This document shows, one piece after another, positions 1-13,100 of a stretch of DNA of 64,000 bases. The notes beneath the pieces were generated by a model that saw only the letters and a list, made by a program, of their open reading frames with translations, was not told the DNA's origin and searched no databases. The stretch lies in NCBI GenBank assembly GCA_964057225.1, contig OZ059900.1, positions 26,040,001-26,104,000 of the forward strand, read 5' to 3'. Each line of letters begins with the position of its first letter. The stretch's first letter is position 1. The translations under genes and the position numbers were made by a program. The DNA comes from Auanema rhodensis (taxonomy: Eukaryota > Animalia > Nematoda).

Positions 1-342
1 AAAACCTTGTTTACAGCGAAATTTCCAAAAACTGGTTTTCCAGCATAATAAAATATTTCTCAAGGGAAAAACTGTGTTTTCATATTTTTCAAGTGTTCAG
101 CATGTAAAATGCTTCATTTTAGTATGTAACACGCTGAAATTCCTTGCATTTGACGACTCATATGAACAAAAATCGATTTAATCAATATTAGCCATAAGGG
201 GCGTGCCCTCAGAATTTGCTAATTTCCTTATATTTCTAACCCCTGTTTTTTTGTCGTGAAAGTGGAACTAGACGTTGTACGAACAATTTTGAGCTAGGTT
301 TCATTGACATTGCATGAGTTTGAACACATGAAATCGTAAGTC
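1..342 (+). repeat. Reference monomer (342 bp, P-type variant; phase is arbitrary)
   Basis: Positions 1-342 recur from 343 with only a few substitutions. Confidence 0.97.
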
Positions 343-3300
343 AAAACCTTGTTTACAGCGAAATTTCCAAAAACTGGTTTTCCAGCATAATAAAATATTT
401 CTCATGGGAAATACTGTGTTTTTGTATTTTTCTAGTGTTCAGCATGTAAAATGCTTCATTTTAGTATGTAACACGCTGAAATTTGTTGCATTTGACGACT
501 CATATGAACAAAAATCGATTTAATCAATATTAGCCATAAGGGGCGTGCCCTCAGAATATGCTAATTTCCTTAATTTTCTAACCCCTGTTTTTTTGTCGTG
601 AAAGTGGAACTAGACGTTGTACGAACAATTTTGAGCTAGGTTTCATTGACATTGCATGAGTTTGAACACATGAAATCGTAAGTCAAAAACCTTGTTTACA
701 GCGAAATTTCCAAAAACTGGTTTTCCAGCATAATACAATATTTCTCAAGGGAAAAACTGTGTTTTTATATTTTTCTAGTGTTCAGCATGTAAAATGCTTC
801 ATTTTAGTATGTAACACGCTGAAATTCGTTGCATTTGACGACTCATATGAACAAAAATCGATTTTATCAATATTAGCCATAAGGGGCGTGCCCTCAGAAT
901 ATGCTAATTTCCTTAATTTTCTAACCCCTGTTTTTTTGTCGTGAAAGTGGAACTAGACGTTGTACGAACAGTTTTGAGCTAGGTTTCATTGACATTGCAT
1001 GAGTTTGAACACATGAAATCGTAAGTCAAAACCTTGTTTACAGCGAAATTTCCAAAAACTGGTTTTCCAGCATAATAAAATATTTCTCATGGGAAATACT
1101 GTGTTTTTGTATTTTTTCAGTGTTCAGCATGTAAAATGCTTCATTTTAGTATGTAACACGCTGAAATTCGTTGCATTTGACGACTCATATGAACAAAAAT
1201 CGATTTAATCAATATTAGCCATAAGGGGCGTGCCCTCAGAATATGCTAATTTCCTTAATTTTCTAACCCCTGTTTTTTTGTCGTGAAAGTGGAACTAGAC
1301 GTTGTACGAACAATTTTGAGCTAGGTTTCATTGACATTGCATGAGTTTGAACACATGAAATCGTAAGTCAAAACCTTGTTTACAGCGAAATTTCCAAAAA
1401 CTGGTTTTCCAGCATAATAAAATATTTCTCATGGGAAATACTGTGTTTTTGTATTTTTTTAGTGTTCAGCATGTAAAATGCGTCATTTTAGTATGTAAAA
1501 CGCTGAAATTCGTTGCATTTGACGACTCATATGAACAAAAATCGATTTTATCAATATTAGCCATAAGGGGCGTGCCCTCAGAATATGCTAATTTCCTTAA
1601 TTTTCTAACCCCTGTTTTTTTGTCGTGAAAGTGGAACTAGACGTTGTACGAACAATTTTGAGCTAAGTTTCATTGACATTGCATGAGTTTGAACACATGA
1701 AATCGTAAGTCAAAACCTTGTTTACAGCGAAATTTCCAAAAACTGGTTTTCCAGCATAATAAAATATTTCTCATGAGAAATACTGTGTTTTTGTATTTTT
1801 TTAATGTTCAGCATGTAAAATGCTTCATTTTGATATGTAAAACGCTGAAATTCGTTGCATTTGACGATTCATATGAACAAAAATCGATTTTATCAATATT
1901 AGCCATAAGGGGCGTGCCCTCAGAATATGCTAATTTCCTTAATTTTCTAACCCCTGTTTTTTTGTCGTGAAAGTGGAACTAGACGTTGTACGAACAATTT
2001 TGAGCTAGGTTTCATTGACATTGCATGAGTTTGAACACATGAAATCGTAAGTCAAAACCTTGTTTACAGCGAAATTTCCAAAAACTGGTTTTCCAGCATA
2101 ATACAATATTTCTCATGGGAAATACTGTGTTTTTATATTTTTCTAGTGTTCAGCATGTAAAATGCTTCATTTTAGTATGTAACACGCTGAAATTCGTTGC
2201 ATTTGACGACTCATATGAACAAAAATCGATTTTATCAATATTAGCCATAAGGGGCGTGCCCTCAGAATATGCTAATTTCCTTAATTTTCTAACCCCTGTT
2301 TTTTGTCGTGAAAGTGGAACTAGACGTTGTACGAACAGTTTTGAGCTAGGTTTCATTGACATTGCATGAGTTTGAACACATGAAATCGTAAGTCAAAACC
2401 TTGTTTACAGCGAAATTTCCAAAAACTGGTTTTCCAGCATAATAAAATATTTCTCATGGGAAATACTGTGTTTTTGTATTTTTTCAGTGTTCAGCATGTA
2501 AAATGCTTCATTTTAGTATGTAACACGCTGAAATTCGTTGCATTTGACGACTCATATGAACAAAAATCGATTTAATCAATATTAGCCATAAGGGGCGTGC
2601 CCTCAGAATATGCTAATTTCCTTAATTTTCTAACCCCTGTTTTTTTGTCGTGAAAGTGGAACTAGACGTTGTACGAACAATTTTGAGCTAGGTTTCATTG
2701 ACATTGCATGAGTTTGAACACATGCAATCGTAAGTCAAAACCTTGTTTACAGCGATATTTCCAAAAACTGGTTTTCCAGCATAATAAAATATTTCTCATG
2801 GGAAAAACTGTGTTTTTGTATTTTTCTAGTGTTCAGCATGTAAAATGCTTTATTTTAATATGTAACACGCTGAAATTCGTTGCATTTGACGACTCATATG
2901 AACAAAAATCGATTTAATCAATATTAGCCATAAGGGGCGTGCCCTCAGAATATGCTAATTTCCTTAATTTTCTAACCCCTGTTTTTTTGTCGTGAAAGTG
3001 GAACTAGACGTTGTACGAACAATTTTGAGCTAAGTTTCATTGACATTGCATGAGTTTGAACACATGAAATCGTAAGTCAAAACCTTGTTTACAGCGAAAT
3101 TTCCAAAAACTGGTTTTCCAGCATAATAAAATATTTCTCATGAGAAATACTGTGTTTTTGTATTTTTTTAATGTTCAGCATGTAAAATGCTTTATTTTAA
3201 TATGTAACACGCTGAAATTCGTTGCATTTGACGACTCATATGAACAAAAATCGATTTAATCAATATTAGCCATAAGGGGCGTGCCCTCAGAATATGCTAA

Positions 3301-4104
3301 TTTCCTTAATTTTCTAACCCCTGTTTTTTTGTCGTGAAAGTGGAACTAGACGTTGTACGAACAATTTTGAGCTAGGTTTCATTGACATTGCATGAGTTTG
3401 AACACATGAAATCGTAAGTCAAAACCTTGTTTACAGCGAAATTTCCAAAAACTGGTTTTCCAGCATAATAAAATATTTCTCATGGGAAATACTGTGTTTT
3501 TGTATTTTTTTAGTGTTCAGCATGTAAAATGCGTCATTTTAGTATGTAAAACGCTGAAATTCGTTGCATTTGACGACTCATATGAACAAAAATCGATTTT
3601 ATCAATATTAGCCATAAGGGGCGTGCCCTCAGAATATGCTAATTTCCTTAATTTTCTAACCCCTGTTTTTTTGTCGTGAAAGTGGAACTAGACGTTGTAC
3701 GAACAATTTTGAGCTAAGTTTCATTGACATTGCATGAGTTTGAACACATGAAATCGTAAGTCAAAACCTTGTTTACAGCGAAATTTCCAAAAACTGGTTT
3801 TCCAGCATAATAAAATATTTCTCATGAGAAATACTGTGTTTTTGTATTTTTTTAATGTTCAGCATGTAAAATGCTTCATTTTGATATGTAAAACGCTGAA
3901 ATTCGTTGCATTTGACGACTCATATGAACAAAAATCGATTTTATCAATATTAGCCATAAGGGGCGTGCCCTCAGAATATGCTAATTTCCTTAATTTTCTA
4001 ACCCCTGTTTTTTTGTCGTGAAAGTGGAACTAGACGTTGTACGAACAATTTTGAGCTAAGTTTCATTGACATTGCATGAGTTTGAACACATGAAATCGTA
4101 AGTC

Positions 4105-7100
4105 AAAACCTTGTTTACAGCGAAATTTCCAAAAACTGGTTTTCCAGCATAATAAAATATTTCTCATGAGAAATACTGTGTTTTTGTATTTTTTTAATGT
4201 TCAGCATGTAAAATGCTTCATTTTGATATGTAAAACGCTGAAATTCGTTGCATTTGACGATTCATATGAACAAAAATCGATTTTATCAATATTAGCCATA
4301 AGGGGCGTGCCCTCAGAATATGCTAATTTCCTTAATTTTCTAACCCCTGTTTTTTTGTCGTGAAAGTGGAACTAGACGTTGTACGAACAATTTTGAGCTA
4401 GGTTTCATTGACATTGCATGAGTTTGAACACATGAAATCGTAAGTCAAAACCTTGTTTACAGCGAAATTTCCAAAAACTGGTTTTCCAGCATAATACAAT
4501 ATTTCTCATGGGAAATACTGTGTTTTTATATTTTTCTAGTGTTCAGCATGTAAAATGCTTCATTTTAGTATGTAACACGCTGAAATTCGTTGCATTTGAC
4601 GACTCATATGAACAAAAATCGATTTTATCAATATTAGCCATAAGGGGCGTGCCCTCAGAATATGCTAATTTCCTTAATTTTCTAACCCCTGTTTTTTGTC
4701 GTGAAAGTGGAACTAGACGTTGTACGAACAGTTTTGAGCTAGGTTTCATTGACATTGCATGAGTTTGAACACATGAAATCGTAAGTCAAAACCTTGTTTA
4801 CAGCGAAATTTCCAAAAACTGGTTTTCCAGCATAATAAAATATTTCTCATGGGAAATACTGTGTTTTTGTATTTTTTCAGTGTTCAGCATGTAAAATGCT
4901 TCATTTTAGTATGTAACACGCTGAAATTCGTTGCATTTGACGACTCATATGAACAAAAATCGATTTAATCAATATTAGCCATAAGGGGCGTGCCCTCAGA
5001 ATATGCTAATTTCCTTAATTTTCTAACCCCTGTTTTTTTGTCGTGAAAGTGGAACTAGACGTTGTACGAACAATTTTGAGCTAGGTTTCATTGACATTGC
5101 ATGAGTTTGAACACATGCAATCGTAAGTCAAAACCTTGTTTACAGCGAAATTTCCAAAAACTGGTTTTCCAGCATAATAAAATATTTCTCATGGGAAAAA
5201 CTGTGTTTTTGTATTTTTCTAGTGTTCAGCATGTAAAATGCTTTATTTTAATATGTAACACGCTGAAATTCGTTGCATTTGACGACTCATATGAACAAAA
5301 ATCGATTTAATCAATATTAGCCATAAGGGGCGTGCCCTCAGAATATGCTAATTTCCTTAATTTTCTAACCCCTGTTTTTTTGTCGTGAAAGTGGAACTAG
5401 ACGTTGTACGAACAATTTTGAGCTAAGTTTCATTGACATTGCATGAGTTTGAACACATGAAATCGTAAGTCAAAACCTTGTTTACAGCGAAATTTCCAAA
5501 AACTGGTTTTCCAGCATAATAAAATATTTCTCATGAGAAATACTGTGTTTTTGTATTTTTTTAATGTTCAGCATGTAAAATGCTTCATTTTGATATGTAA
5601 AACGCTGAAATTCGTTGCATTTGACGATTCATATGAACAAAAATCGATTTTATCAATATTAGCCATAAGGGGCGTGCCCTCAGAATATGCTAATTTCCTT
5701 AATTTTCTAACCCCTGTTTTTTTGTCGTGAAAGTGGAACTAGACGTTGTACGAACAATTTTGAGCTAGGTTTCATTGACATTGCATGAGTTTGAACACAT
5801 GAAATCGTAAGTCAAAACCTTGTTTACAGCGAAATTTCCAAAAACTGGTTTTCCAGCATAATACAATATTTCTCATGGGAAATACTGTGTTTTTATATTT
5901 TTCTAGTGTTCAGCATGTAAAATGCTTCATTTTAGTATGTAACACGCTGAAATTCGTTGCATTTGACGACTCATATGAACAAAAATCGATTTTATCAATA
6001 TTAGCCATAAGGGGCGTGCCCTCAGAATATGCTAATTTCCTTAATTTTCTAACCCCTGTTTTTTGTCGTGAAAGTGGAACTAGACGTTGTACGAACAGTT
6101 TTGAGCTAGGTTTCATTGACATTGCATGAGTTTGAACACATGAAATCGTAAGTCAAAACCTTGTTTACAGCGAAATTTCCAAAAACTGGTTTTCCAGCAT
6201 AATAAAATATTTCTCATGGGAAATACTGTGTTTTTGTATTTTTTCAGTGTTCAGCATGTAAAATGCTTCATTTTAGTATGTAACACGCTGAAATTCGTTG
6301 CATTTGACGACTCATATGAACAAAAATCGATTTAATCAATATTAGCCATAAGGGGCGTGCCCTCAGAATATGCTAATTTCCTTAATTTTCTAACCCCTGT
6401 TTTTTTGTCGTGAAAGTGGAACTAGACGTTGTACGAACAATTTTGAGCTAGGTTTCATTGACATTGCATGAGTTTGAACACATGCAATCGTAAGTCAAAA
6501 CCTTGTTTACAGCGAAATTTCCAAAAACTGGTTTTCCAGCATAATAAAATATTTCTCATGGGAAAAACTGTGTTTTTGTATTTTTCTAGTGTTCAGCATG
6601 TAAAATGCTTTATTTTAATATGTAACACGCTGAAATTCGTTGCATTTGACGACTCATATGAACAAAAATCGATTTAATCAATATTAGCCATAAGGGGCGT
6701 GCCCTCAGAATATGCTAATTTCCTTAATTTTCTAACCCCTGTTTTTTTGTCGTGAAAGTGGAACTAGACGTTGTACGAACAATTTTGAGCTAAGTTTCAT
6801 TGACATTGCATGAGTTTGAACACATGAAATCGTAAGTCAAAACCTTGTTTACAGCGAAATTTCCAAAAACTGGTTTTCCAGCATAATAAAATATTTCTCA
6901 TGAGAAATACTGTGTTTTTGTATTTTTTTAATGTTCAGCATGTAAAATGCTTCATTTTGATATGTAAAACGCTGAAATTCGTTGCATTTGACGATTCATA
7001 TGAACAAAAATCGATTTTATCAATATTAGCCATAAGGGGCGTGCCCTCAGAATATGCTAATTTCCTTAATTTTCTAACCCCTGTTTTTTTGTCGTGAAAG

Positions 7101-7180
7101 TGGAACTAGACGTTGTACGAACAATTTTGAGCTAGGTTTCATTGACATTGCATGAGTTTGAACACATGAAATCGTAAGTC
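4105..7180 (+). repeat. Local 4-monomer higher-order repeat A-B(delT)-C-E, period 1367 bp; an earlier copy lies at 1712-3078
   Basis: ORF offsets 4166>5533>6900, 4508>5875 and 5101>6468 are all 1367. The copies share a 1-bp deletion in the T7 tract and the gacgatt marker. Confidence 0.9.
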
Positions 7181-10100
7181 AAAACCTTGTTTACAGCGAA
7201 ATTTCCAAAAACTGGTTTTCCAGCATAATAAAATATTTCTCATGAGAAATACTGTGTTTTTGTATTTTTTTAATGTTCAGCATGTAAAATGCTTTATTTT
7301 AATATGTAACACGCTGAAATTCGTTGCATTTGACGACTCATATGAACAAAAATCGATTTAATCAATATTAGCCATAAGGGGCGTGCCCTCAGAATATGCT
7401 AATTTCCTTAATTTTCTAACCCCTGTTTTTTTGTCGTGAAAGTGGAACTAGACGTTGTACGAACAATTTTGAGCTAGGTTTCATTGACATTGCATGAGTT
7501 TGAACACATGAAATCGTAAGTCAAAACCTTGTTTACAGCGAAATTTCCAAAAACTGGTTTTCCAGCATAATAAAATATTTCTCATGGGAAATACTGTGTT
7601 TTTGTATTTTTTTAGTGTTCAGCATGTAAAATGCGTCATTTTAGTATGTAAAACGCTGAAATTCGTTGCATTTGACGACTCATATGAACAAAAATCGATT
7701 TTATCAATATTAGCCATAAGGGGCGTGCCCTCAGAATATGCTAATTTCCTTAATTTTCTAACCCCTGTTTTTTTGTCGTGAAAGTGGAACTAGACGTTGT
7801 ACGAACAATTTTGAGCTAAGTTTCATTGACATTGCATGAGTTTGAACACATGAAATCGTAAGTCAAAACCTTGTTTACAGCGAAATTTCCAAAAACTGGT
7901 TTTCCAGCATAATAAAATATTTCTCATGAGAAATACTGTGTTTTTGTATTTTTTTAATGTTCAGCATGTAAAATGCTTCATTTTGATATGTAAAACGCTG
8001 AAATTCGTTGCATTTGACGACTCATATGAACAAAAATCGATTTTATCAATATTAGCCATAAGGGGCGTGCCCTCAGAATATGCTAATTTCCTTAATTTTC
8101 TAACCCCTGTTTTTTTGTCGTGAAAGTGGAACTAGACGTTGTACGAACAATTTTGAGCTAGGTTTCATTGACATTGCATGAGTTTGAACACATGAAATCG
8201 TAAGTCAAAACCTTGTTTACAGCGAAATTTCCAAAAACTGGTTTTCCAGCATAATACAATATTTCTCATGGGAAATACTGTGTTTTTATATTTTTCTAGT
8301 GTTCAGCATGTAAAATGCTTCATTTTAGTATGTAACACGCTGAAATTCGTTGCATTTGACGACTCATATGAACAAAAATCGATTTTATCAATATTAGCCA
8401 TAAGGGGCGTGCCCTCAGAATATGCTAATTTCCTTAATTTTCTAACCCCTGTTTTTTTGTCGTGAAAGTGGAACTAGACGTTGTACGAACAGTTTTGAGC
8501 TAGGTTTCATTGACATTGCATGAGTTTGAACACATGAAATCGTAAGTCAAAACCTTGTTTACAGCGAAATTTCCAAAAACTGGTTTTCCAGCATAATAAA
8601 ATATTTCTCATGGGAAAAACTGTGTTTTTGTATTTTTCTAGTGTTCAGCATGTAAAATGCTTTATTTTAATATGTAACACGCTGAAATTCGTTGCATTTG
8701 ACGACTCATATGAACAAAAATCGATTTAATCAATATTAGCCATAAGGGGCGTGCCCTCAGAATATGCTAATTTCCTTAATTTTCTAACCCCTGTTTTTTT
8801 GTCGTGAAAGTGGAACTAGACGTTGTACGAACAATTTTGAGCTATGTTTCATTGACATTGCATGAGTTTGAACACATGAAATCGTAAGTCAAAACCTTGT
8901 TTACAGCGAAATTTCCAAAAACTGGTTTTCCAGCATAATAAAATATTTCTCATGAGAAATACTGTGTTTTTGTATTTTTTTAATGTTCAGCATGTAAAAT
9001 GCTTTATTTTAATATGTAACACGCTGAAATTCGTTGCATTTGACGACTCATATGAACAAAAATCGATTTAATCAATATTAGCCATAAGGGGCGTGCCCTC
9101 AGAATATGCTAATTTCCTTAATTTTCTAACCCCTGTTTTTTTGTCGTGAAAGTGGAACTAGACGTTGTACGAACAATTTTGAGCTAGGTTTCATTGACAT
9201 TGCATGAGTTTGAACACATGAAATCGTAAGTCAAAACCTTGTTTACAGCGAAATTTCCAAAAACTGGTTTTCCAGCATAATAAAATATTTCTCATGGGAA
9301 ATACTGTGTTTTTGTATTTTTTTAGTGTTCAGCATGTAAAATGCGTCATTTTAGTATGTAAAACGCTGAAATTCGTTGCATTTGACGACTCATATGAACA
9401 AAAATCGATTTTATCAATATTAGCCATAAGGGGCGTGCCCTCAGAATATGCTAATTTCCTTAATTTTCTAACCCCTGTTTTTTTGTCGTGAAAGTGGAAC
9501 TAGACGTTGTACGAACAATTTTGAGCTAAGTTTCATTGACATTGCATGAGTTTGAACACATGAAATCGTAAGTCAAAACCTTGTTTACAGCGAAATTTCC
9601 AAAAACTGGTTTTCCAGCATAATAAAATATTTCTCATGAGAAATACTGTGTTTTTGTATTTTTTTAATGTTCAGCATGTAAAATGCTTCATTTTGATATG
9701 TAAAACGCTGAAATTCGTTGCATTTGACGACTCATATGAACAAAAATCGATTTAATCAATATTAGCCATAAGGGGCGTGCCCTCAGAATATGCTAATTTC
9801 CTTAATTTTCTAACCCCTGTTTTTTTGTCGTGAAAGTGGAACTAGACGTTGTACGAACAATTTTGAGCTAGGTTTCATTGACATTGCATGAGTTTGAACA
9901 CATGCAATCGTAAGTCAAAACCTTGTTTACAGCGAAATTTCCAAAAACTGGTTTTCCAGCATAATAAAATATTTCTCATGGGAAAAACTGTGTTTTTGTA
10001 TTTTTCTAGTGTTCAGCATGTAAAATGCTTTATTTTAATATGTAACACGCTGAAATTCGTTGCATTTGACGACTCATATGAACAAAAATCGATTTAATCA

Positions 10101-13100
10101 ATATTAGCCATAAGGGGCGTGCCCTCAGAATATGCTAATTTCCTTAATTTTCTAACCCCTGTTTTTTTGTCGTGAAAGTGGAACTAGACGTTGTACGAAC
10201 AATTTTGAGCTAAGTTTCATTGACATTGCATGAGTTTGAACACATGAAATCGTAAGTCAAAACCTTGTTTACAGCGAAATTTCCAAAAACTGGTTTTCCA
10301 GCATAATAAAATATTTCTCATGAGAAATACTGTCTTTTTGTATTTTTTTAATGTTCAGCATGTAAAATGCTTCATTTTGATATGTAAAACGCTGAAATTC
10401 GTTGCATTTGACGACTCATATGAACAAAAATCGATTTTATCAATATTAGCCATAAGGGGCGTGCCCTCAGAATATGCTAATTTCCTTAATTTTCTAACCC
10501 CTGTTTTTTTGTCGTGAAAGTGGAACTAGACGTTGTACGAACAATTTTGAGCTAGGTTTCATTGACATTGCATGAGTTTGAACACATGAAATCGTAAGTC
10601 AAAACCTTGTTTACAGCGAAATTTCCAAAAACTGGTTTTCCAGCATAATACAATATTTCTCATGGGAAATACTGTGTTTTTATATTTTTCTAGTGTTCAG
10701 CATGTAAAATGCTTCATTTTAGTATGTAACACGCTGAAATTCGTTGCATTTGACGACTCATATGAACAAAAATCGATTTTATCAATATTAGCCATAAGGG
10801 GCGTGCCCTCAGAATATGCTAATTTCCTTAATTTTCTAACCCCTGTTTTTTTGTCGTGAAAGTGGAACTAGACGTTGTACGAACAGTTTTGAGCTAGGTT
10901 TCATTGACATTGCATGAGTTTGAACACATGAAATCGTAAGTCAAAACCTTGTTTACAGCGAAATTTCCAAAAACTGGTTTTCCAGCATAATAAAATATTT
11001 CTCATGGGAAATACTGTGTTTTTGTATTTTTTCAGTGTTCAGCATGTAAAATGCTTCATTTTAGTATGTAACACGCTGAAATTCGTTGCATTTGACGACT
11101 CATATGAACAAAAATCGATTTAATCAATATTAGCCATAAGGGGCGTGCCCTCAGAATATGCTAATTTCCTTAATTTTCTAACCCCTGTTTTTTTGTCGTG
11201 AAAGTGGAACTAGACGTTGTACGAACAATTTTGAGCTAGGTTTCATTGACATTGCATGAGTTTGAACACATGCAATCGTAAGTCAAAACCTTGTTTACAG
11301 CGAAATTTCCAAAAACTGGTTTTCCAGCATAATAAAATATTTCTCATGGGAAAAACTGTGTTTTTGTATTTTTCTAGTGTTCAGCATGTAAAATGCTTTA
11401 TTTTAATATGTAACACGCTGAAATTCGTTGCATTTGACGACTCATATGAACAAAAATCGATTTAATCAATATTAGCCATAAGGGGCGTGCCCTCAGAATA
11501 TGCTAATTTCCTTAATTTTCTAACCCCTGTTTTTTTGTCGTGAAAGTGGAACTAGACGTTGTACGAACAATTTTGAGCTAAGTTTCATTGACATTGCATG
11601 AGTTTGAACACATGAAATCGTAAGTCAAAACCTTGTTTACAGCGAAATTTCCAAAAACTGGTTTTCCAGCATAATAAAATATTTCTCATGAGAAATACTG
11701 TCTTTTTGTATTTTTTTAATGTTCAGCATGTAAAATGCTTCATTTTGATATGTAAAACGCTGAAATTCGTTGCATTTGACGACTCATATGAACAAAAATC
11801 GATTTTATCAATATTAGCCATAAGGGGCGTGCCCTCAGAATATGCTAATTTCCTTAATTTTCTAACCCCTGTTTTTTTGTCGTGAAAGTGGAACTAGACG
11901 TTGTACGAACAATTTTGAGCTAGGTTTCATTGACATTGCATGAGTTTGAACACATGAAATCGTAAGTCAAAACCTTGTTTACAGCGAAATTTCCAAAAAC
12001 TGGTTTTCCAGCATAATACAATATTTCTCATGGGAAATACTGTGTTTTTATATTTTTCTAGTGTTCAGCATGTAAAATGCTTCATTTTAGTATGTAACAC
12101 GCTGAAATACGTTGCATTTGACGACTCATATGAACAAAAATCGATTTTATCAATATTAGCCATAAGGGGCGTGCCCTCAGAATATGCTAATTTCCTTAAT
12201 TTTCTAACCCCTGTTTTTTTGTCGTGAAAGTGGAACTAGACGTTGTACGAACAGTTTTGAGCTAGGTTTCATTGACATTGCATGAGTTTGAACACATGAA
12301 ATCGTAAGTCAAAACCTTGTTTACAGCGAAATTTCCAAAAACTGGTTTTCCAGCATAATAAAATATTTCTCATGGGAAATACTGTGTTTTTGTATTTTTT
12401 CAGTGTTCAGCATGTAAAATGCTTCATTTTAGTATGTAACACGCTGAAATTCGTTGCATTTGACGACTCATATGAACAAAAATCGATTTAATCAATATTA
12501 GCCATAAGGGGCGTGCCCTCAGAATATGCTAATTTCCTTAATTTTCTAACCCCTGTTTTTTTGTCGTGAAAGTGGAACTAGACGTTGTACGAACAATTTT
12601 GAGCTAGGTTTCATTGACATTGCATGAGTTTGAACACATGAAATCGTAAGTCAAAACCTTGTTTACAGCGAAATTTCCAAAAACTGGTTTTCCAGCATAA
12701 TAAAATATTTCTCATGGGAAATACTGTGTTTTTGTATTTTTTTAATGTTCAGCATGTAAAATGCTTCATTTTGATATGTAAAACGCTGAAATTCGTTGCA
12801 TTTGACGACTCATATGAACAAAAATCGATTTTATCAATATTAGCCATAAGGGGCGTGCCCTCAGAATATGCTAATTTCCTTAATTTTCTAACCCCTGTTT
12901 TTTTGTCGTGAAAGTGGAACTAGACGTTGTACGAACAATTTTGAGCTAGGTTTCATTGACATTGCATGAGTTTGAACACATGAAATCGTAAGTCAAAACC
13001 TTGTTTACAGCGAAATTTCCAAAAACTGGTTTTCCAGCATAATACAATATTTCTCATGGGAAATACTGTGTTTTTATATTTTTCTAGTGTTCAGCATGTA

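Noticed and set aside
236-244. Telomere-like ctaaccc(c)t motif
   Set aside because: It is a single copy per monomer, not tandem, and expected by chance.
198-253. GC hairpin followed by a T7 tract as a bacterial intrinsic terminator
   Set aside because: The stem is only 4 bp and lies ~37 bp from the T tract, and there is no transcription-unit context.
1-342. Primate alpha-satellite dimer (2x171 = 342 bp)
   Set aside because: The length coincides, but I see no alpha-satellite consensus motifs and no complete CENP-B box.
1-342. 5S rRNA, tRNA, snRNA or spliced-leader tandem gene unit
   Set aside because: I see no recognisable 5S sequence, cloverleaf or convincing Pol III A/B boxes. An Rfam/Infernal scan would be the decisive test.
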